The translations under genes and the position numbers were made by a program. From the NCBI GenBank assembly GCA_000320545.1, contig ADNK01000985.1, positions 1-64,000 on the forward strand: 64,000 nucleotides of DNA, in the 5' to 3' direction. Position 1 is the first letter of the stretch, and each line of letters starts with the position of its first letter. Below the pieces are notes generated by a model. That model was given only the letters and a program-made list of their open reading frames with translations, was not told the origin of the DNA and did no database searches. Source of the DNA: Bigelowiella natans CCMP2755. Its lineage: Eukaryota; Protista; Cercozoa. Shown in pieces: positions 37,934 to 52,590 of this stretch.

Positions 37934-39809
37934 GTGATTATAGTGGTGATGGTAGTGGTGAATATGATGTGGACAGAAATAAATAATTAATGCTATAATC
38001 GATTAAATTTTGGTCGATGAAGCAATGTAGCCGTCGGCATATCACAATATTAAGTAATCTAGTGTTTATTTTTGGAAGTTACATTCTTCGTTAAAAGTAG
38101 TACTAGTGCGTGTTATGTTGTTCACTGGCTATTTCCTTAAATAATAGTAATGATAGTTTAACGCATGATCATAACGCTATTAGGATGTCAGCCCGTGCGA
38201 ACGAAAGAAATTGATAATACGGATAGCAGCGACACGTTTCAGGGCAGAATGGAACCCAAAGTCGTTTATAAACTTTCAACAAATCGTGATAAACGATTTA
38301 CTGTGACTGTAGTTCAGGCTGATAAGGTAGTATATGTAGTAGAAGTGGTAGTAGTAGTAGTAGTTGCAAACCATGTTGCAATTAGCTTCCTCCTCCCATT
38401 ATCGTAGTGGTAAGATGGTGGCCGCAAGCAAGTAAGTAAGTAGTACTACAACTTGTGCACTACTACGTGTCTGATCAGCGATGATGATGATAATGAGGAA
38501 GAGGATGATGATGATGATAAGATATATTATTCTTGTTTTTATTCTATTGATGGCAATATAATAAATAAAAAAAAAAATAATAATAATAATAATAATAGGG
38601 AACGTTCATATTGGAAAGTGTAAAAAGCGTAAGAATAAAATATTTTTACCATTCTTCGGATCCACTGAGCCCTGAGAGTGTTGATGAGGACTCGGTACTT
38701 AATATTGTTTTAGTAATACTACTAGCTTCATTCAACAACAAATGATTTGATGCTCAGACCAGCACACAACTTTCTCCTTATTCTGTTCCTTCTACACTAC
38801 TTTAGTATTTTCCTTCTCCATATGTAGTATTCTTCTGCTTCATAATTGCCACCCTGTAATCATCATCATAATACATCTCTAGTTACCGATCAAAAAGCAA
38901 CAAGTACTACCAAGGCAAAAACTATTGCACTGTGAGGTGGGTTCATCATCTTCTCCCTATTCGCTTGTGTATGTTTTGTGTAAGTTTGTGTTGTGTGTGA
39001 AATCACACTGATTGCTTATAAGAATAACAAAATGATGATGATAATGATGATGATGATGATGATGATGATCGTATACATGAAAAAGTATTTACGAAGTTGT
39101 TGTTATTGTTCTTGTTCTCGTTTGTTGTTCTTCTTTTTGTTGTTGTTCTTTTTGACTAGATGGAATGGAGCAAGGAGTTGGTCGGGCACGAAATGCTTTC
39201 GACTCCCAGTGAACACGGAGACCGTGTAGTGTTCATGCTGGAAATCGAAATGTAGTACACTATTATGTTTTGTCATAATCTTGTGATAAGTACTACTGCA
39301 GTCCAACCCTCCCTGGACATTCAATTATGATTAATCATAATAAAAAAAAACCCAACAACAACAACAACATATCGCTGTTTGTTCTCCCCCTTCCTTACGC
39401 TGTAAAATGATTATTTGATGATCAGGTTCATTCGAGATGCAACCACAACCATAAGAATAGAGTATCCGATCGTCGCCAAGATCTATAAAAAGCCACACAC
39501 GGTTGCTTGCTTCTCTTCTTATTTCTCACAGTACAATTCAGATATCAGCTCTGTCTACCCTCTTTTCACGTTTCATCTTCTCCTGATCACCCCACCCACC
39601 CCCCTCTTCTCTTTCTCTCTCGATCTTGATTAGGTTGAGAGAAAGCATTTGACATCCCGTCTGCACCAATTGGGAGGGCATTTCAGGCTCACCAGAAATC
39701 TTGAGGTACTTACAACTACAAGTTATAATATGATCAATAGCGAGTAAATACTACCTTGTGATGATGGTGATGATGACGACGATGATGATGATGATGATGA
39801 TGCCAGTTG

Positions 39810-39844
<35 letters not shown>

Positions 39845-40797
39845 TTCTACGGTCAGAATGAACTTCATCCTCACTCAATCATCTTCCAAACACATTCCTC
39901 CCCCTCCTCAACGCTGACTTGTCTCTCCAATTTTCTTCTTTTTAGGCTAACGCTATATCTGGTTTGCTGACGAAAAATGCAAACCGATTGAGGCAAATGG
40001 AGGAACCTTTACAGGAAGAGTATCAGAGACAACATAAAGGTATAATAATAATATTGATAGTGGGATTAAAATAAAACGATAATGAAGATTAGAGACCATC
40101 AACGTGTTATATATGCGTGACTACAACAAATAAATAGTAATGGACAGTAGGAGTACTACATACCAAATGATCATTCATGGTGATATTGATATGTTTTTTG
40201 TTTATAAATTTTCTAAAATTAATATGAATAATAGCATTTATGGAGTCACTATCGGAGCCAAATATGCGCGACGAGGCCGACGTCATTTTCAAGTATCTTG
40301 AGAAGAAATCTGCCCCAGGTCGTAGAATATATATTGTGATACAGATGATACTCCTGTATTCTGCTGCATTGTGTCGTGTATTGTTGCATCGTATCTTTCA
40401 TATTCCTCATCGTCATCATATTAAATGAGGATAAAGTATTATCCAAGGTGTAGTAGTAGTAGTAGTAGTAGTTGTAGGTAGTTTCCGCCATACCATTTAC
40501 TACATAAGAATAGAGTGTATAACAAGGGGTAAAATTATCGACGATTACGACGACGACGACGACTGTTTTTGTGGAGAATTCGTCTGTATTACATATAGTT
40601 TTGATGATCAAGTCTCATCGAAATCGAAATCAGTAAATTTTTCATTCAATACGTGATGACAAGATAACTACTACAATTTGGGTCAACAGATTAGTCGCCT
40701 ATTTGTCACTAATCTTCTGTTATTGTTTATCATAATTAGACACCCCAAAAGGAGCGGAACGGAAAACACACCTCAGGAGGGGGTAATGATGTGTTAT

Positions 40798-40837
<40 letters not shown>

Positions 40838-41070
40838 AGTAGATATTTATCCTAACCCTTACACTTTCCCAGCAATTACGGCTGTGTTTGTTTGCTATCT
40901 ACCTTTGATTTATTCTTGTCCTCTAGTCATCATAAATTAATTGAGCTGCTACTGCTGTTTCATCATGTCAGATCTTCATATCTAAGCGGAAATCTGAGCA
41001 ACTCTATTTTGCCCATTACCATAGTACCAGAATCTAATGAGGAGGTATGTAACAGGAACAAACGAACAAC

Positions 41071-41105
<35 letters not shown>

Positions 41106-41555
41106 GGTTTATGGAGCTCTACTGTACATGATAACTCCAGCGTTTTTAATATTTGAGATAGAGAATATAGAAGAATATAGAGGAGAAGAAGAAGGATTGT
41201 GTTCGATGCTGCAAGTGTTTAGACGAAGAAGAAAAAGAAAATCAACTCAATACTGAAATTGGAAAATAAAAGCAACATTAAATCAATTTAAACTAGCGTC
41301 AAGATACATGAGTAGAATAAATTCAAAAATTAAATAAACACAATAGATATCTTCTTTGACGGAGTGTATAAATAATCCATACTCCTTCTTCCTTCCTTTC
41401 TCAAGGTCGTATTTAGGGAAGGATTTTTGCACAAAAAGGAGACTTTCGGATCTTTCAAGCGATATTTCTTCGTGCTGCAACCGCCACACTTATACTACTA
41501 CAAAACCAAGGAGGATGGTAATAATGGCATTCATTCACAAAATTGGTCGGACATG

Positions 41556-41592
<37 letters not shown>

Positions 41593-41794
41593 TATAATAT
41601 TATATATATATATATATATATATTTAGGCAAAGCCATCGGTCACATAAATCTTATAGATGCAAGTGTAGAGCGTGTAACAAACAACTCCAGGCATCCGTT
41701 TGCTTTCAAAATTTCAGAGGATAAAATTACGTGGATTTTGTCTGCAAACAATGAAAAAGAGATGCAAGAGTGGATGGAAGCTTTAGAATCGTGA
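25066..41794 (+). CDS. Kinesin-3 (KIF1/KIF13/Unc104-like) motor: motor-FHA-SH3-split C2-like-coiled coil-PDZ-SH3b-like-ANK-DUF3694-like-PH; roughly 55-60 exons
   Basis: Motor motifs [23 protein letters not shown]-loop [45 protein letters not shown], neck VNEDPNA. FHA (PHFVNL...GIEPEHC...[10 protein letters not shown]). PH (REGFLHKK...KRYFFVL...EWMEALES*). Exons could be chained in phase from ATG 25066 to TGA 41794. Confidence 0.92.
31598..31687 (+). repeat. 45-bp tandem duplication spanning a 3' splice site of the kinesin gene
   Basis: GCTACTTGTGAACTTATCTGAGCAGCTAYATTTATCCCCACAGAA x2 with one mismatch. Confidence 0.93.
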
Positions 41795-43556
41795 ATCAAC
41801 TCATGTGATGACCGAAGTGTTCCACCTCATTTTTATCCTAATTTCATACTTTAATATATCATCTTTACTTCACGAAGCAGTCATGCTCAGTTTGCAGTAT
41901 CTGTTGTTTGTGTGCGCGCGTGTGTGTGTGTGTGTGTGTCGTGTCATCCGTACACATGCTAGCGCATGCAACGGGCTGGTAACATACACATATCTAGATA
42001 TAGCATAGATTATTATTGCACATTGTGTAACAGACAGCAAGCAGCTGATGCCTAAACGCTACGCACAGTGGCCACGATCACCGCCAAACTATCCAATACT
42101 AGCTAGCTACTAGCTAGCTAGCGAGCTCCATGAAACGCAAATCTACATGAAAGCTTTGCACACGTAGCGTCATTTATCACAATAGCTCCACCTACGTACT
42201 TGGGCTGAAGCATGTCATATTGTTATGAAATCACAAGCGAGCATTATACATGCTATACATTCCAACTTGTTTTGTCAGTACGGCACACACGACATATGAC
42301 TAGACAATTTGCATGCTACCTAGCTAGCATGCGCAAAATAGATATTTTACTAGAAATCTTTACAACCTATTATACACAAGTGTTCAAGCTACATACTAGC
42401 ACATCTAGATTCTTAGCATCGACCATCTAGCCATCTAAGCCATATTTTAAATCATATTACAAGCTCCTGGAAGTAGGAAATACATGACGGCTTTCATCCC
42501 CGCCATTAAGAGTCTCTTTACAGGACGAAAATAATGAAGGCTGCCCAAAGTTTGTGCTGCGGATTACAACCTTTTTCTCCTCCTGACGTATCAAGATGCA
42601 CCAATCAACATGTTGATGCTTGCACATTCACATTTCATGCTGTGAAATTTACCTTGCCCCTTATTTCCTTCTAAACAAGAAATTATTCTTACACACTTAA
42701 AAAGAAATTTTGTTGTTTGTGCTCATACATTATATTGGGGGTATGCTTTTCTGCGCTACTACGTATTGTATAGGAGACTACAATAAAGTATCGACCTGCA
42801 GGCGTCCAAGAATTATGTTAAGCTCAGAATTTTGAAGAAAGGATATGCGGTAGTGAATTTCCGTCACAGAGATCCCGGGGAAGCATAACACCTATAGATC
42901 AGTATTATTGTTCATATAGCATAGGAACAGCTTATCCTTGCTAATTATCATTGGAGGGGTGCATATTTTACAATGAGAAGAGGGATTCGTAGCAACTCAA
43001 TACCAAATTTGCGTTTTCCTTTTTTGCATAACGACATCAATTTATTACCAGAGATAAGATAGCATGCCGAGTTTTTGCCAGCACTTCTTCATTCATCTAC
43101 GAAACATATATTTAACACATACACACACATGCACAAATACACACACGATGTATAGAAATATATATCAAAACAATTCAATACAGTTGCAACAGAATGACAG
43201 TTTAGCTAACTTCCCAACTTGCTCAGTAACATACAGACGAACATGCACTCAACTACACATAGTTTTACTTAGCATCCATACACATTCAAAGCATGAAATG
43301 AGACATTCCAAATTGACAGAATGGCCAACATACCGCTATATGGCAATCACGGGTAAGAATGTTCCAAGAACGCACGGGAACCTTAACACTCTGCAGCAGT
43401 GAGAAAGTAAAAGAAAAGAACAGAACAGAAACGGAAAAGAAAGCAAGCAATAAAAACATGTCAACAATGAAATTCGTTACAATAGGGATATAGTGTTAGA
43501 GGAGAGGACAAAGTGTAAGAAGGACACAGTAAATCTGGTGCATGCAACGATGTATT

Positions 43557-44013
43557 TTAAAATTTCTGACACAAAGTCTTTTTGTCGTATGGATATCCAT
43601 CCAAGACATCACTCCTTGCACCAAGTGAAGGAAGGTGATTTATATTTACGCTTTAAGGGAATAATCGTTTATCTTCAAATCGTTCTATTACTGAGCACAT
43701 AGCACATAATAAGGTGGTGTGTTTGTTGTACAACCGAAGCTTGTAGTCTAAGGGTCCATATGTCACTATGTTTATAGGAGACAAAAGCGTCGTACGAAAC
43801 TGATCATGAAGAGAAGAAGAAAAATAAGATGATGGCAAAGAATACAAAATGTGAGAAGAAGAGGAGGGGACAAGCAAGAGTGGAATAGAAGTGACTATAC
43901 TTAATGATAGCAGTCGATAGGTCATGCCATCTCATTTATGAATCACAACAACAAGAACAACAACAATAACAACATAAAGAAGATTATTTGTGTGGCTTGT
44001 ATTTCCGGTGAGT

Positions 44014-44051
<38 letters not shown>

Positions 44052-44398
44052 CTCCAAGTGTAAACTTCTTCCAGCACCACCGCGGCTCTCTCTCATTAAC
44101 AACCAAAAAAATTAAACAACCTGCAAATATGCGCCGACGTCTCTCCAATTCCTCGAGAATTAAGCGAAGAATCTCTTTGCTCTTTCTTCTTCTCTGCATC
44201 GTCGTATGTGCTGCTTCGATCATAATAGCACTGCTGTGTATATTATCACCTTCTGATGGCTGTTTGGTTTCTGCTGCTGATCTTTTATATCTACCATCAT
44301 CATTAGCACCATACTCCTGTTTCTCCTCCTCCTCCTCCTCGATTTTATAGTCGTTTTTGATGGTGATATTCTTCTTGTTCTTGCTCTCGTTGATTTCC

Positions 44399-44431
<33 letters not shown>

Positions 44432-46786
44432 TTTTCCTTCCTCAGCAACAGCAATCGATGCACCATTTCTAAGAGTTGACCGAAGCGTGCTCCGCTCTCT
44501 CCCTGTTGTTTGAGAAGAAAAATGATAATAAAACCGTGAGGTACTGTTCATAAGACAGTGGTGCGTATGTATTTGAGAAGTTGTAGCATCCCACACTGTT
44601 TGTTATTTCTAATCACTTTCTCCCTCAATTTGAGCTCCTCTTCGCCTCCACCTCTCCCCCCTCCTCAGGTATACATACACTATTTGTTTCTGGGCTACTA
44701 TTTAAGATTGAAGTATTGATTCTCGTCTTGTTGTCATCCATCATCATCATCATCGTCGTCGTTGTCTTTCACTCACCGCAGCTTCGATGACACATTCTAC
44801 TTTTGCAACGAGAAGATCGTGATGTTGTTTGTAGTTGGAGGGAGGTGAGGAGGGCGACGAGGAAGAGAGAGCCAACAAATCGGATGAAGAAGATGATAAT
44901 AATGATGATGATGATGATGATGATGATTGTGACAAATGCTGCAACGATGATAACAAAGACGAGGAAGCTGCAATCTGGACTGAGGCCTCAAGAGCAGCCG
45001 ATCTTGCCTTTGGTAAGATACGCAAGTGGTGAAACGTGCAGAATTGACATTCATTCCACACGAACATATCCTTCTCATCATCATCATCGTCATCATCATC
45101 ATCATCATCATCACTTGAAGAACAAACAACCAAGAAACTAGCCAACCTACCGCTTGATCTTCATTGGAAAGCTTCTTTAACCCACCAGAATACTCTAAAG
45201 CTGGAATCACGTCGAATCTTCCCTCAGCTGCCATACCAAAAAATCCTGCCAACTCGCCCTGTTGTGGATGGTGATAGAGAGATAGATTATATTTTATCGA
45301 TGATACTTTTTGTCAAGAATCATCATATGATGACTGCTGTTCTTGCTGTTGGTAATGATGATCGCAGTGGCTAAGTAAAGCTACAATATACAATGAAGAA
45401 GGAGAAATATATGAACGCGATAGCACTAATATGAGTGTAGTAGCAGCAGGATGAGCAAGGCTAGAAAAGGAGAAACCAACCACATCATTATTATTTAATT
45501 TCAGTATAAATATCATTGCGCTCAATTATCTTGCTAGTAGTACTATCACCTTCTGGCTAGTTGAAAGAGGAAGTATGATGTTGCTAAGCTCATCCTCATC
45601 CTCCTCCTCCTCCTCCTCCTCCTCCTCCTCTGCGTTGTCATCATCATTATCGTCGTCATCCTCCTCCTCCTCCTCCTCCTCTTCTCCTTCTTCTTTCATA
45701 ATTTCTGTCCTTGTTCTCTCCCACAACTTGCTTTTCTTGGTTTGCGCGCCTTTATCAGTTGTGATGGGCTCTTTCCTAGTTCGCACGCACATAACAACAC
45801 AGCGTAGCACACAACCGAGGAGTAGCAATTTCAGAACACAACAACGAAGAAGAAGAAGAAGAATGGTGGTGGTGATGTTGTTGTTTTTGTTGTGACCTCT
45901 TTCTGCGCTGGCATGTGGTGAGCTGCTGCTTGGAATCTTGATGATGATGAATCAGGTTGCTGACCTGGTTTGATCACATCGTACACATCGTTAGTGTCAG
46001 CACTCACATCAGTGAAGAATGTGATCATAGTAAATATAGCGGATTGATGAGAACAATAAAGAGGAGGAGGAGGAGGAAGAAGAAGAAGAAGACTAGGAAA
46101 TAACAGGAAATCGTAATGTCTGATCGATCGAGCAGAGTAATAAGATAAGTTCCAGAAGTATGCTATTACTACTACCTTGCTGCGGTACTTTGATGCCTCT
46201 TCAAATAGCGAGTGTGGGTATGTGCTACAGCGTATACTCTCCTGGATGCCTTTGTGGATCTTTTCACGGAATATGTATAGAGTGTGTGTATATATATATT
46301 TCTATATAATGTATGAGTGATTGATGATGATGATGATGATGATGATGATGTGATGACGACGATGATGACGAGAAAGTACCGAATAACTATTTTGATGTTA
46401 TCCCCTCAACTACTACGATAATACCTTAAATGATCGTCCATCTTCAGATTGGGTTGCTCGAGTTTTGCTAATGTACCTTCTCCGCTGCAGCAAGAGGAAG
46501 AAAGAAAGAGAAAGCAAGCAATATGGATATTCCAAAATCACAAACGATCGCATATATCGTAGTACCATAGAAACACACACCACCTACACGCATATGAGAG
46601 AAAGGTCATCACGATTGTCATCATCGACATCATTTTAATGTTTATCTAACCCTATCATTATTTATTATTATTATTTATTACTATTATTATTATTATTCTC
46701 ACGTGCAATTGTGCCAAGGCAGCTGTCATTTCTTCTGATGTAAATTGCTCCAGAATTAGACTCGCTGCAGGCTTGTGATACCTGTG

Positions 46787-46821
<35 letters not shown>

Positions 46822-48160
46822 TACCATCATCATCGTAATAATAAGAGGGAGCCTGACATTTGTCATCATTCTCTCGTCATCATAGAATCGATTAATCAAT
46901 CAATCAATCAATCAATTAATCTATCTATATGCATGGATATAACTAGCGCTGTACGCTAGAGAACGTTGATGCATCAAGAGAATGCGGGTGTCGTGATTTC
47001 TAAATAGTATTGGTATAGCAGCGTTTTGTCGTTATTGAGCGCTCCTTTCCCCGCTCATCACAGTCATCATTATCGTCACCATTACTATCCACACTACTCA
47101 CGTCTCCTCACCTTGTGGCATCTTGGAAAACAACAACTTTTAGCATGTTTGCTGCTGCCTCGATTCTGCTCGCATGTGCTCTTTGACGAGACGCCTCTGC
47201 AACCTCAGCTAAGGCTGCTCTTACAATCTCGTCTTCTTTCACCGCCAAATCCTTCTCTTCCTCCCCCCCCGCCTCTGCCCCTCCTTGTTTCTCTCTCTGC
47301 TGTCCGCATTTTGTCACCACGTCTTTCATCCCCCCCTTTTCCTTAGAAGCGGAAGTCTTAGAAGCAGAAGTTTTAGGGGGGGGCGGTATACTGGAGGGAG
47401 GCGGGTGAGGGATTATATGGTGGCCTGAAAACAGATGAAAAACAATGTATTTACATGATTATTATGGAGAAACAAGGAGGAGAAGAAAGAAAGGAAATGA
47501 AGAAGCGAATGATGATAAAATGGAGTGTGAATATGTTTATGCGGTCAATCACAAGACACTTTCTCGGATTATTAACATGCTTAATCTTCTTATTTACATT
47601 AATGTCTATTGCCGCGATGTTAACTAGTAGGTTTATTTGCATCATACCATGGCCGATTACAGCTTGGTGGTGGGAGAGGACATTGAGAGTATTACGAAGT
47701 GCCTTTCTATTATTCGTTGCACGTGCTATGCGTGTGACCCTGTGTGCGGTCTCCTTCTCTTCTAGCTCTAAAGCGGCCGAAATGAAGGATACTGCTGATT
47801 TGTTTGTGACTCCACTGTACCCGGCTTTTAACCACAAATTATACCTAGTCATGATGATCAGAGAGACAACAGAGAGATAGACGATGATGATGATGATGAT
47901 GATTGATGATGATAGTCATGGTGACAAAAATGCTGTTTGTCTCAGTCGTAGCAACTGCATGTTCTCGCCAACAAGCAGCGCCTATTCGATTCTCTCCTGT
48001 CTCCCGACGTGCAAACAAACACACACACACGCAAACACACTTACACGCATACAGGCAATGCTTTGTGATCGTAGGAAGTGGCAAAAATGAGATCAATATC
48101 ATATAAAGTAGATTAAACAGAGAAAGACAGTACATGCGGGTAAACACGTCGTCCAAAGCA

Positions 48161-48193
<33 letters not shown>

Positions 48194-50407
48194 ACATTGC
48201 AAGCAGTTGAGCGTTTTGGTGTCTTTTCCACTTCCTGTCGTCAAATGGCCTTCGTCGTTGCGCAACGCGACCTGCCTTATTAAACCGCACGGAGGATGAT
48301 GGAGAAGACACCACAGACTTGCTGTTCGCGCCCATGCCCCCTCTCCTCTTGCTCCCCCTCCTCCTCCTCTCAGCAGAATCGTCAACCCCATTGTTGATTG
48401 TTGGTTTGGAGGGGTTGCTTCTCCCTGTTCTCCTTTTCTTCCTATGGCTGCTGCTTCTTCCAGGGGAGGTGAATATGAATTCCACCGAGCTACTACTTGT
48501 ATTCCGACGATATATATTCCTCTCTCCTCCTCCTTTATCGGTGTTGTTGGTAAAATCGCCATCATCGTTGCTATTGCTATGAGCATCTTCTGTCCGCCCT
48601 TTCCTCTTGCCCCTCCCCTTCCTCGATGAGCGACGACGAAATTTGTGAAGAAGGTGGGTGAAGTTGCGGTTAAGGAAGCCTGTTTCCATGTCAAACTTTG
48701 CCACAAACGGAAGGAGTTTCATAGCGAAATCAACTGCGACAACCTAATTAAGAAGGAATAGTGAGCCGCCGCAGCTGCAGCACACTACTAATTGTACTTA
48801 TGGAAGAACACTGAGCCTCTTCTTCTTCTTCTTCTTCTTCTTCTTCTTCTCTTCTTCTTTTCACTACTAAATATGGTTGCTTGGTGTATGTAGTAGTTAT
48901 ATGTATATATATATATATATATGTAATCCAACAACGCACAGTGGCTGAGAGCCCATTGTCGCGTGCGCACCGAACGACGTCCTGTACCTGATACAATAAG
49001 AGATCATCAATTTTGATGAGGAGATAGTAGGAGTAGATTCTCTAGATTCTGTGATAGATTCTGTAATAGTATTTGTAGGCATAGTAGCAGTAGTAGCAGT
49101 AGTTGTAGTAGTAGTAGTAGTTGTAGTAGTAGCACCGAGACGTGTATGTCAGGATTCATTTTTGCTAGTGCCTCCTTTGATTTCTTCGTTCGATAGTTCC
49201 TGGACCGGTACACCCAATTGGCGTTCCTGTAAAGCACCAATGGTGATAAGGATCTCGTTATCATTTGTTATTGTGATGGGACTCGAATTAACGATTTGAG
49301 GAGGAGGAAGTGGTGGTGAGCGATGATGATGATGGTGGGAGAACCAGAAAAGAGAAACAGCTCAACTAAAAACAAAGAAATCATTTTTCTACACGATGCA
49401 GAAGCATCCTTACAGTTGTTTCCCCCCTCGTTTCCATCTCTCACAACTATCAGTACTACTAGTAGTTGAAGGTAGTTGCGGTAGTAGTAGTTGTAGGAGT
49501 ACCGGTAAAGATCCGGAAACTTTGTTACAGAAGGAAAGTCCTCTTCTTCTTGGCTTCCTTCCCTCCCCCCTCCTTCTTTGGCATTATTATTCTGCTGCTG
49601 CTGCTGGTGGTGGTGCTGCATTGTGTGCATTCTAAGCGTTGCCCAATAGAAGTCGAGTGCCTTGAGGTCGGAGATGGGTATTATTCTATCAGATGATCCA
49701 ATTTTAGCTGAGTCGTGTATCTGAATGCAGTGCTGCATAGCAAGGGTGCTACTACTACTACTAGTAGTAGGTCCACCGCATGTACTACTGATGCTGCTAT
49801 TGGGTGCTACATCCTCTGATCGAGCGGAAGGAGGAGGAGGAGGAGGAGGAGGAGGAGGAGGAGGAGGGAATAGATTTGCTTGCCGCTGTGGGTTCCTAAT
49901 CATCTTCGACCCATCTCCGCCATCTTCACTACCTGCTGTACTTGTGCTAGCAGTGGTGATTGCAGCTGTCAATAAGGTTGATGACGAGGAGGAGGAAGAG
50001 GTGGTAGTAGTGGGATATGATGGTGATGATAGTGACGGTGATTGTAATGATGGTAACGATGGAAAAAGAAGAGGGGAGACTGGTACATCAGGAACGATGG
50101 CGGGAGACAGTGGCGGCATTGAGGGAGAGGAGGAAGAGGAAAGGGGGGGGGGGAGTGCTGGATTAGCAAACCCATCATTCCCAAATGAATGAGATGTTCG
50201 TGTTGCTTTGACTTCTCCTGGTGTAGTGGCCTTTACTGCTGCATCTGCTGCAGATGGAATAGTAGTAGCAGCAGCGGCATCTGATAGAAGTCCAAGGTTT
50301 CGCAGCAATGCGTACGCCTCGAAAAAACCCTAGTCACAGTAGTAGTAGCACCACGGTGGTTGGGGGGACAACACGAGATACCATAAGCAATGAGGAGAAG
50401 GACAAAC

Positions 50408-50442
<35 letters not shown>

Positions 50443-50881
50443 TATCCATCCCAATCATCATCATGTGCAATATTGTTACTAACTCAAGCTACTTACTACT
50501 TCTAAGTAGTAGTAAGGATAAAAGGAACACCAACAATGCCAACAACATGCACACATACAATGGTATAATACCATATACCTTAAATCCCCGTTGGTAGAAG
50601 TGATCTCTGAGATCTGGTGGGAGATCTCGAAGCCTTTTATCATGTAGTGCTTCATCCGTGACGACGGCACGTGCCAAACCACTCGTAGCAGCAGTAGGCG
50701 CTCCACAAATCTTAAAAGAAGAAGATGAAGATGATGAAGAAGAAGAAGAAGAAGAAGAAGAAGAAGAAGAAGAAGAGAAGGCGGAGAAAGAGGAGGAAGT
50801 GTTGTCAACAAATCTGAATATTCCTTACGTTCTTTCTCGTGGTCAGAGTCGCCTTCGATGGTCAAAATTTGTGTTCTCTCT

Positions 50882-50960
<79 letters not shown>

Positions 50961-51197
50961 CCTCCCTCCCCTCATACCTGCAAGTATAGAGACACACTGA
51001 TTGAATCGATGGCCTCCTTCGTCGATAGGTTCCGACCCTTCATCGACGTTTCTACGATGATTTCAAACACACGCACACACACATACACACACACACACGC
51101 AAGAGTCATAATACACGTAAGACGTGTTCTGAAAGGTGGAGGGAAAAGTGAAACGATAGAGGTAATAATGGTGCTTACAATGGCTACTGCAACAACA

Positions 51198-51229
<32 letters not shown>

Positions 51230-51763
51230 CCCTGAAGAGATGCTTGTGGAGAAGATAAGCACGCAAGTTTCGTGCTTTGACATATCCTAGTAGCTGTCTG
51301 TAAAGCATATCCGCTGCAACTTGCTTCAAATCGATACTCGAGGGCGCACCAGCCCCAGTCCTGTCGCGCCCCTGTACTGAATAAGCGCCGATCTAACAAC
51401 ACAAATAGAGAACAGCGTAATAGTAGTGGGTCATCAATACATCAATATCACTACAATGCTAGTAAGTCTCTTCTGCTGCTCTCACACTGGCACTACTTGC
51501 CCCCCACCGTTACCTTTCTTGTCGCCGATTCCATATGAAAGCAGGTTTGCTGCACTTCAGGGTCGGTATGGTCAATTGAAGGGTGGAGAAGAGTGACGAA
51601 TCGTTGGACCGACACGGTTCCAGAGGTATGAGATTGCCTCTGTAGCTCGTATACCCTAATCAATATTATTACGACATGTTGCTTTAATATACTACTATGT
51701 GTATGTTCTCGGTACAACAAGACGGCCAATAGCTACTACAACTATGCTATGGATGATGAGTAT

Positions 51764-51804
<41 letters not shown>

Positions 51805-51826
51805 ACGGATGTACATAAATATGTAG

Positions 51827-51864
<38 letters not shown>

Positions 51865-52555
51865 GAGAGAGAGAGAGAGAAGAGACTTGAGCAATCCATC
51901 CTTCTCCATATCCGCAAACAATCGCACGGATGTCCTAAGGAAAGCATGATCAGAATGATAATAATAATAACAATAATAACAATAATAATGATGATGATAG
52001 TGATGGTGACGAAGGGAGTTATTATCGATGGGATAAGCGAGAAGATGATGGGAGAGATTAGTGGTGGTGGTGGTGGTAGTAGTAGTTGTAGTAGTAGTAG
52101 TAGTGATATTTAGATACAATATTAGTAATGATGTCCTTCATCTATGCTTTCATCATCATCATCATCTTCTTCTTCTTCTCTTCTTATACCTGCTATCTAA
52201 GATTCCAAAGCCTCCCTCCTTTGCTCGAATTCGCTTCCTGAGGTCTTTCGCGCTGACGATTTTTTCCGTATTAACAGCATCTAACGCCATCTTGCGGCGG
52301 TTCTTATAGAGGCCAGTCTCCTGATGCAGCCGGCCGGGGGAGGGGGACCGACCTCGGCCTCCTCGTCGTTGTCGTTGTCGTTTCCTACTACTGCTGGGAT
52401 TATGATAATAATGAAGGAGGTGGTGGTGAGATGGTGATATGTTTCAACAATTAGTTTTGCATCATCAAGCATGATGAAGACAGGACTATACTTTAACTAC
52501 TAGTAGTAGTATAGTACTACTAATGCTGCTTCTTCTATTCTAGTGTGTGTTTCAC

Positions 52556-52590
<35 letters not shown>

